Source: a virus
Virus record (IMG/VR): IMGVR_UViG_3300045988_118171
DNA: 47,752 nucleotides
Strand: one strand, 5' to 3'
Positions within the stretch are counted from its first letter, which is position 1. The number at the start of each line of letters is the position of its first letter. Shown one piece after another: positions 42,453-47,752 of this stretch. The translations under genes and the position numbers were made by a program. The notes beneath the pieces are model-generated. The model searched no databases. It had not been told where the DNA came from and worked only from the letters and a program-made list of their open reading frames with translations.

Positions 42453-43025
42453 GTGAAACTTTCGGATCTCGATTTCAGGAAGCTGCTGCCTCAGTTCATG
42501 CGGGAAGACAGTGCCGTCATTGGCCTCTCGAACGGCCTTGACAGCATTGTTCCGAGTCTTGCCGAATCCATGAAGGTGCTGACCACCTGGGACCATATCG
42601 ACGAGCTGGCCGAGACTGAGCTTGACGAGCTGGCCGTAGAGCTTAACGTCCTGTGGTATGACATGGGCGCTACGCTGGACACCAAGCGCGACCTGATCAA
42701 AAACTCCATGGATGTTTACAGGCACTTGGGGACCAAGTGGGCCGTGGAGTCCGTCATCCATTCCTATTTTGGCGAGGGCTACATTGCCGAGTGGTTTGAC
42801 TATGACGGGGAGCCTGGGCATTTCCGGGTGTATTCGACCAACCCCAGCCTCACCAACGAGAAGCTGCTGGAGTTCCTGAACCTGCTGGAGAAAGTCAAAC
42901 GTGCGTCGTCCATCCTGGACGGCGTTTTTATTTCCCTCACCGGGCAGATGAATCTCTATACAGGCGTAGCGATTCACGAGTCCGGCAAGGACGTTTATGC
43001 CATCGGCGCAAAGCCGTTGGCCTGA
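42453..43025 (+). CDS. Tail protein, P2 gpI / XkdU-like
   Basis: LLPQFMRED....GLS..LD........W.HIDEL.E.ELDELA.ELNV.WYD pattern. Confidence 0.75.
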   Translation: MKLSDLDFRKLLPQFMREDSAVIGLSNGLDSIVPSLAESMKVLTTWDHIDELAETELDELAVELNVLWYDMGATLDTKRDLIKNSMDVYRHLGTKWAVESVIHSYFGEGYIAEWFDYDGEPGHFRVYSTNPSLTNEKLLEFLNLLEKVKRASSILDGVFISLTGQMNLYTGVAIHESGKDVYAIGAKPLA

Positions 43026-43039
43026 AAGGAGCGTGAAAC

Positions 43040-43681
43040 ATGGGAAGTTTTGCGAACAACGTCATCACTGACGCTGGCCGCATCCTGCACGCGGACTGTC
43101 TGGCCGGGGCGGTTTTCACGCCGACCAGAATTGTGATCGGCAGCGGGTCCCTGCCCAGCGGCACGGCACCGGCGAGTTTGACCGCAGTCATAACGCCAGT
43201 GAAAAGCCTGACCATCAACAAGGCCCAGAGAACGCCCGACGGCAAGTGCATTTTCGGCGGTGTGTACTCCAACAAGGACGTCACCAAAGATTTCTATTTC
43301 CGCGAGTTGGCCCTGTATGCCAAAGGTGTCTATCTCAACGAGGACGGCTCAGTAAAGAGCGAGACGGCTGAGACTCTGTACTCCTACGGCAACGCTGGCA
43401 GCACGGCTGACCTCATGCGGGCGTACTCCACAGAGCACGTTGTGGAGCGCCAAATGGATCTTGTTTGCTGGGTGGGCAACACGGCGCAGGTCAACCTCAC
43501 CATTGCCAGTGACGTGTATGTCACCAGGGAGCAAATCGCAGACCTGGGGGGCGGCCTGGTTGTCATCCCAATCGGCGAGGACATTCCTGTTGCCGAAAGA
43601 AAAGCCGGATTCCTGTACTTCAAGGAGAAAAACAGCGTCACTCTCCAGGTAACACAAGAAATCGGCTTGAAATTTGAATGA
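43040..43681 (+). CDS. Tail fibre protein, N-terminal baseplate-attachment type (tail-collar-fibre-like)
   Basis: ITDAGRILHAD.LAG......RIVIGSG pattern. Confidence 0.65.
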   Translation: MGSFANNVITDAGRILHADCLAGAVFTPTRIVIGSGSLPSGTAPASLTAVITPVKSLTINKAQRTPDGKCIFGGVYSNKDVTKDFYFRELALYAKGVYLNEDGSVKSETAETLYSYGNAGSTADLMRAYSTEHVVERQMDLVCWVGNTAQVNLTIASDVYVTREQIADLGGGLVVIPIGEDIPVAERKAGFLYFKEKNSVTLQVTQEIGLKFE

Positions 43682-43695
43682 AGGGAGGGGCCAGG

Positions 43696-44613
43696 ATGGC
43701 TGATACTAGACCAATTACAAGACTCACGATCAAGGACAAGGAGACCGGAACCGAAACCGAGACTGACGTCCAAACCTGTGCCAGAGGTGTAACGTGCGAC
43801 GAGGGCAAGACCGCCCAGGACCACATCTCTGATTTCGTGGCACATAAAAAGGACGTAAATCGTCACGTCCTGGTGCAGGTCAGCGGAGACGAACCGGCAA
43901 CCGGTCCTGCTCTGTGGATCGACGAAAATAACCTGCTGCACTACAAGGATAAGAGCGGGAGCAAGGACGACCTGTACCCCGTGACGAAAGCCGCCCTCGT
44001 GGAGGGCCTGAGCGCACTGCTTGCTGGGGTAAAGCAAGGGGCATCCACCGACCTGAGTTCGCATATCAGCGACAAAAACAACCCCCATGGAGTGACAGCC
44101 GAACAGGCAGGCGCAGACCCGAAAGGCGCGGCGGCTGCTGTGCAGAGCAACCTTGATACCCACACGGGGAACAAGAATAACCCGCACAACGTCACCCGTG
44201 ACCAGATCGGCGCGGCGGCTGCTGAACACACGCACAGCGCCAGCGACATCAACAGCGGTATTCTCCCCGTTGCCCGTGGCGGCACTGGGGCAGGCACGGA
44301 ACAGGCAGCACGGACAAATCTCGATGTAGCAAAGCCCGTTCGGGAGACAGTGAGTTTCCCGACCAGTGGCTGGTCTCTGGCCTCTGGTGCTTACAAGCAA
44401 GTAGTGAACTGTTCAGTTGCCAAGGCAACGATGAAATACGCAAACATTGGTCCGCAGTTTTCGACCGACGTTTCCGCGCGAAAACTTGAGCAGGAGGCTT
44501 ATGCTCAGATTGCTTATGTAGACACGGGGGACGGAAAGCTCACCGCGACTTGTTGGGGTGATACCCAACCTGGCGTGAACCTGACATTGATTTTTGAGGG
44601 AGGGGTGGAGTAG
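43696..44613 (+). CDS. Tail fibre protein with phage-fibre repeats
   Basis: Start moved to ATG 43696. NPHGVTAEQAGA, NPHNVTRDQIGAAAAEHTHSASDINSGILPVARGGTGA. Confidence 0.7.
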   Translation: MADTRPITRLTIKDKETGTETETDVQTCARGVTCDEGKTAQDHISDFVAHKKDVNRHVLVQVSGDEPATGPALWIDENNLLHYKDKSGSKDDLYPVTKAALVEGLSALLAGVKQGASTDLSSHISDKNNPHGVTAEQAGADPKGAAAAVQSNLDTHTGNKNNPHNVTRDQIGAAAAEHTHSASDINSGILPVARGGTGAGTEQAARTNLDVAKPVRETVSFPTSGWSLASGAYKQVVNCSVAKATMKYANIGPQFSTDVSARKLEQEAYAQIAYVDTGDGKLTATCWGDTQPGVNLTLIFEGGVE

Positions 44614-45221
44614 TGCAGCTAACCACAAACAACAAAACCTATGCGGGTATCACGTTTCGCCTGACGGCGGACGGCTGTGTCATTACAGCACAGGAAGCTA
44701 TCACGCCGGGCGACACACTGATTATCACGGCGGATGATGGAGCGGAGCTTTGTCGGTACACGGTATCAGACTGGTTGCGGTGTGAAATTGACGAGGAGAA
44801 GCTGACGCTTTCCGACAGCCCGAAGCCTGAGCCTGTGCCGCCAGATCTTGACGCGCTGAGAGGCATAAAGCAGGCGGAAAACAAGGCAGCGCTTGCAGAC
44901 TGGCTTGCCACCCACCCGTTGATATGGAAGGACGGCCAGACCTATGGCGTGACGCAGGAGGACCAGGACGAACTATCGCTAAACCTGATGCAGTATCAGC
45001 TCGCCGTACAGACTGGACAAGCAGCGCAGCTCGAATGGCACGCGCAAAAGCAGGCGTGCAGGACCTTTACGTCTGAGGAATATGCAGCGCTGTCGCTTGC
45101 AATCGCCGCGTATGTCTATCCGTACCGGCGGTATCAGGAGCAAATCAAGGCCGCGATTTATGCAGCGGAAAGCGAGGATGAAATCCATGCGGTGCAGATT
45201 GATTACAGCTCGGTTAGTTAG
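44613..45221 (+). CDS. Hypothetical protein, possible fibre assembly/chaperone-like
   Basis: GTG start overlapping the upstream stop. Position after the fibres. Functional call is weak. Confidence 0.45.
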   Translation: MQLTTNNKTYAGITFRLTADGCVITAQEAITPGDTLIITADDGAELCRYTVSDWLRCEIDEEKLTLSDSPKPEPVPPDLDALRGIKQAENKAALADWLATHPLIWKDGQTYGVTQEDQDELSLNLMQYQLAVQTGQAAQLEWHAQKQACRTFTSEEYAALSLAIAAYVYPYRRYQEQIKAAIYAAESEDEIHAVQIDYSSVS

Positions 45222-45233
45222 TGAGGTGTTGAC

Positions 45234-45569
45234 ATGAGATGCGTAATGAAGCAAAGCGGGGCTTCGACGAAAGGATTGATACGTTTTATCCCGAAGAGCA
45301 CTTACTACCCGTCAGGTACTTCTATATCTGTATCTTATGATGAAGGTGACTATGCCGAAGTTACCGATTATGACGGTGCTGTTCAATATATCAGGACACC
45401 AAAAGGAACCAGTTGGTCCGTTGCTCAAATAATGGTAAGCCGCAATAATAGTCCTGTTTGGTGTTTTATTTCAAACACTGACGCAGGCGCTTGGACATAT
45501 AACTACCGTACCGAAAATTTAGATTATTTTGTCCAACAAATCAGATTCGGGACTATGGAAATATTGTAA
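45234..45569 (+). CDS. Hypothetical protein in a visibly AT-richer segment (moron-like)
   Basis: ORF track; composition differs from the flanking genes. Confidence 0.5.
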   Translation: MRCVMKQSGASTKGLIRFIPKSTYYPSGTSISVSYDEGDYAEVTDYDGAVQYIRTPKGTSWSVAQIMVSRNNSPVWCFISNTDAGAWTYNYRTENLDYFVQQIRFGTMEIL

Positions 45570-45614
45570 GGCCGCCTGGCTGACCAAGGTCAGAAATCGA
45601 AAGGGGTTTTTTCT

Positions 45615-46028
45615 ATGTGTCGGCGTCATAACATTGCCCTGCATTGTGTGTTCGGCCTGCTGGCTGGCTGCATCTATCTGCTAATCGAGATAGCCTGGCG
45701 CGGGCACACTCACTGGACGATGCTGCCTCTGGCAGCGGTGATCTTCGTCTGCGCTGGGCTGCTGGATGAACGGCCCAAGCCGCCGCCCCTGTGGTTGCAG
45801 GTGGTAATCGGTACCACCATCGCTACAGCGCTAGAGCTGGCCGCTGGGCTGATCCTCAACGTGTGGTTGGGGCTTGGCGTTTGGGATTATTCCAATCTGC
45901 CCGGTAACATCCTGGGGCAGATTTGCCCGCAATACTGCCTAGCTTGGGCTGTCCTTATGGTCGTGTCCATCAAATTGGAAAACATCATGCACAAGATAGC
46001 TGACCAGCTGCTGGCCGAGAAGAAATAA
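45615..46028 (+). CDS. Multi-pass membrane protein (putative ABC-transporter type IV / CmpB-like family pattern), lysis-module associated
   Basis: Four hydrophobic segments. GLGVWDYSNLPGNILGQICPQY pattern. Confidence 0.55.
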   Translation: MCRRHNIALHCVFGLLAGCIYLLIEIAWRGHTHWTMLPLAAVIFVCAGLLDERPKPPPLWLQVVIGTTIATALELAAGLILNVWLGLGVWDYSNLPGNILGQICPQYCLAWAVLMVVSIKLENIMHKIADQLLAEKK

Positions 46029-46123
46029 AAAGGCCGCCTGAGTATGAACCGCTCCCTGTCAAGTAGACAGACGAAAAAACAAAATGTTTTCTCCAGGATT
46101 TCAGAGATGAGATCCTGGTTTTT

Positions 46124-47017
46124 TTATGCAACTTCCAACAAACTGCGGTAATCCATTGGTGCAAGGCAATTTAGACGATGCTGACGCCGTTGGTAGTTGT
46201 AGTAATGAATGAATTGTCCTACCGCATCCACAAGCTCTTCATAGGTTTCAAAATGGTTGAGATAATACATTTCACACTTCAGGATGCCCCAGAAGCCCTC
46301 CATCGGGCCATTGTCAATACATCTGCCAACACGGGACATACTTTGCCGCATTCCCTGTTTTTCCAGCATATCCTTGAACTGCCTGTTCGTGTACTGGAAT
46401 CCCCGGTCACTGTGAAATAATGGGTGTGCATCCGGGTACTTCTGGATTGCCAAATCAAAGGTCTCAAATACGAGCTGGTTGTTGTTGTGCCTGCCAATTG
46501 CAAAGGAAACGATATCTCTACCCTTCAAGTCCAGAATGGCACTGAGATAGGCTTTCCCACCCTCAGAGCCATATTTCATTTCTGTAACATCGGTGCACCA
46601 TTTCTCGTTTACGGTGTTGGCTGTGAATTCTCTGTTCAGAATATTTTCGACAGTTACTTCCGGCTTAGACCGCTGGTATGCCGGACGTTTTCTGCGGATG
46701 ACAGCAAGAAGGCCGACAATATGTACCAATCGATAGAACCGTTTCAGGTTGTACTGTTTTTCATGGGTAGCGTTGTACTCGTCCGCAATTCGGCGGTAGC
46801 CATAGGTTCCGTTGTGTTCGGCGTAGATCAAGCCAATATCGTGCAGCAAAGCCTCGTTCTCAAGCTCGCTGCTGCTCTTGGATCGGTGTGTCCATTTATA
46901 GTAACTGGAACGATTCAGGTTCAGAATGTCACAAGTCTCGGTGATTGCATACGCCTCTTCGTGCATTTTCTGAACACAAATGTAGAGATATTCCTGTCTT
47001 ACTACGCTCAGCGCCAC
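46124..47017 (-). CDS. IS3-family transposase OrfB (DDE / rve integrase domain)
   Basis: WCTDVTE...HSDRGFQYT...DNGPMEGFWG motifs. Confidence 0.9.
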   Translation of the reverse strand: MALSVVRQEYLYICVQKMHEEAYAITETCDILNLNRSSYYKWTHRSKSSSELENEALLHDIGLIYAEHNGTYGYRRIADEYNATHEKQYNLKRFYRLVHIVGLLAVIRRKRPAYQRSKPEVTVENILNREFTANTVNEKWCTDVTEMKYGSEGGKAYLSAILDLKGRDIVSFAIGRHNNNQLVFETFDLAIQKYPDAHPLFHSDRGFQYTNRQFKDMLEKQGMRQSMSRVGRCIDNGPMEGFWGILKCEMYYLNHFETYEELVDAVGQFIHYYNYQRRQHRLNCLAPMDYRSLLEVA

Positions 47018-47682
47018 CTCCTTTCGAGTTCCTCGAGTTTTTTTAGCACTGCATTCTCCGTTTCCAATCTTCTGTTTCGGGCTTCCAGCATCCGGTTCTC
47101 GGCGCGCAGTTTCTCCACTTCTGTCATCTCAGATTCGGCCTTACGTTTACCACGCTTGTCTACCAGACCTTCCGCACCTTTCTCGTTGTATTTCCTGACC
47201 CATGAATAGATTTGCTGGTAACTCACTCCGTACTTCTCGATCGTGGCAGGGTAGTCATTTCCGTGCTCGATGCAGTAGCTGACAATTTCAATCCGTTCTT
47301 CGTATGTCGTAGTCCGTCCTTTGGTCATATAGATATCACTCCCTCGGCCGCTGCTGGGCCGTAATTCCTTATGACCATTATACATCTTAATCCAGTTTTG
47401 CAACTGTGTTCTTGATGAAATTCCGTACTTTTTACAGATTGCTGCGTAACTCCCTTCTCCGTTAAGATAGGCTTGTACAGCAGATTCCTTTAACTCTGAT
47501 GAATATTTTCTATTTCCTGTATTCTTAAATCCTTCTGCGCCAAATGTTTCATATCTTCTTATCCAGTCCTGAAACGTTCGATGATGTACTCCCTGCTTTT
47601 TTGCTTCTGCGTTCTGGCTCGTTTCTCCTCTCTTGTATCGTTCTACGGCTTTAATGATTTTGTCTATATTTTCTTTAGGCAT
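47008..47682 (-). CDS. IS3-family transposase OrfA (double HTH plus leucine-zipper-like tail)
   Basis: Start moved to the second ATG (47682) behind GGGGAG. HTH repeats and the C-terminal LEARNRRLETENAVLKKLEELE. Confidence 0.85.
   Translation of the reverse strand: MPKENIDKIIKAVERYKRGETSQNAEAKKQGVHHRTFQDWIRRYETFGAEGFKNTGNRKYSSELKESAVQAYLNGEGSYAAICKKYGISSRTQLQNWIKMYNGHKELRPSSGRGSDIYMTKGRTTTYEERIEIVSYCIEHGNDYPATIEKYGVSYQQIYSWVRKYNEKGAEGLVDKRGKRKAESEMTEVEKLRAENRMLEARNRRLETENAVLKKLEELERRWR
47038..47044 (-). promoter_or_regulatory. A7 slippery site for -1 frameshifting that produces the OrfAB transposase
   Basis: The - strand reads CTA AAA AAA CTC. The -1 frame continues KKTRGTRKEVALSVVRQEY into OrfB. 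Confidence 0.7.
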
Positions 47683-47697
47683 AATAATACTCCCCAT

Positions 47698-47752
47698 AGT
47701 GTAGTCTCGAATTTTTGTTATTTCGAGTGTCTACTCTATGGGGAGCATATCA
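47698..47752. repeat. Exact 55-bp terminal direct repeat, copy 2 (identical to 1..55)
   Basis: Read directly. Confidence 0.9.

Larger units (their letters stand above)
46030..47752 (-). mobile_element. IS3-family (IS150-group-like) insertion sequence, about 1,723 bp; its last 55 bp are the bases repeated at 1..55
   Basis: orfA/orfB with an A7 frameshift site. Imperfect terminal inverted repeats of about 45 bp, starting TGAGTATG... at 46030 and ending ...CATATCA at 47752. Visibly AT-richer than the phage. Confidence 0.85.

Noticed and set aside
46424-47209. 261-aa ORF on the + strand across the IS.
   Set aside because: It is antisense to the clearly recognisable IS3 OrfA/OrfB genes, and its translation is low-complexity and not protein-like.

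Overview
The window is one complete, circularly closed mobile genome. Bases 1-55 are identical to 47698-47752 (an assembly overlap), giving a 47,697-bp circle that was opened inside the end of an insertion sequence. Gene content is that of a temperate contractile-tailed phage or prophage of a GC-rich Gram-positive, Clostridia-like host; the host assignment is inference. Nearly all genes are on the + strand. Gene order: (1) endolysin, membrane protein and holin (106-1609); (2) a separately regulated two-gene tail-fibre-like operon (1786-3447); (3) an early operon of small genes including a MazG-like protein, dCMP deaminase, a Lar-like anti-restriction protein and an HNH endonuclease (3677-9907); (4) an attP region carrying a 3' fragment of exodeoxyribonuclease III next to a large serine integrase, with a membrane protein and two XRE-type regulators on the - strand (10078-13658); (5) the switch region, then recombination and replication genes: YqaJ exonuclease, RecT, replisome organizer, loader-like protein, adenine methyltransferase, RusA and a late regulator (13881-20613); (6) an accessory island with hicAB, a gpZ-like gene, a 2-TM protein and a 506-bp non-coding block (20657-23084); (7) a ParB-like / glycosyltransferase-like / radical-SAM trio (23085-25697); (8) lambda-type packaging and head genes (25718-32833); (9) a PBSX/P2-type contractile tail, baseplate and fibres (33291-45221); (10) two small accessory genes; (11) an IS3/IS150-type IS (46030-47752, continuing to base 55). 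The best candidates for something undescribed are the ParB-like/GT-like/rSAM trio welded onto the front of the terminase operon, a possible DNA or virion glycosyl hypermodification module. Next is the non-coding block just upstream, which holds a 39-bp perfect mirror repeat, a tRNA-like acceptor/T-arm minihelix ending in ACCA, and a second T-loop hairpin. Also of note are an ACACAC-N5 11-bp repeat code shared between the hicAB operator and the leader of the tail-fibre-like operon, and a serine-integrase attP that carries a replacement 3' end of the host xth gene. All functional calls rest on motif recognition by eye; no database search was run.
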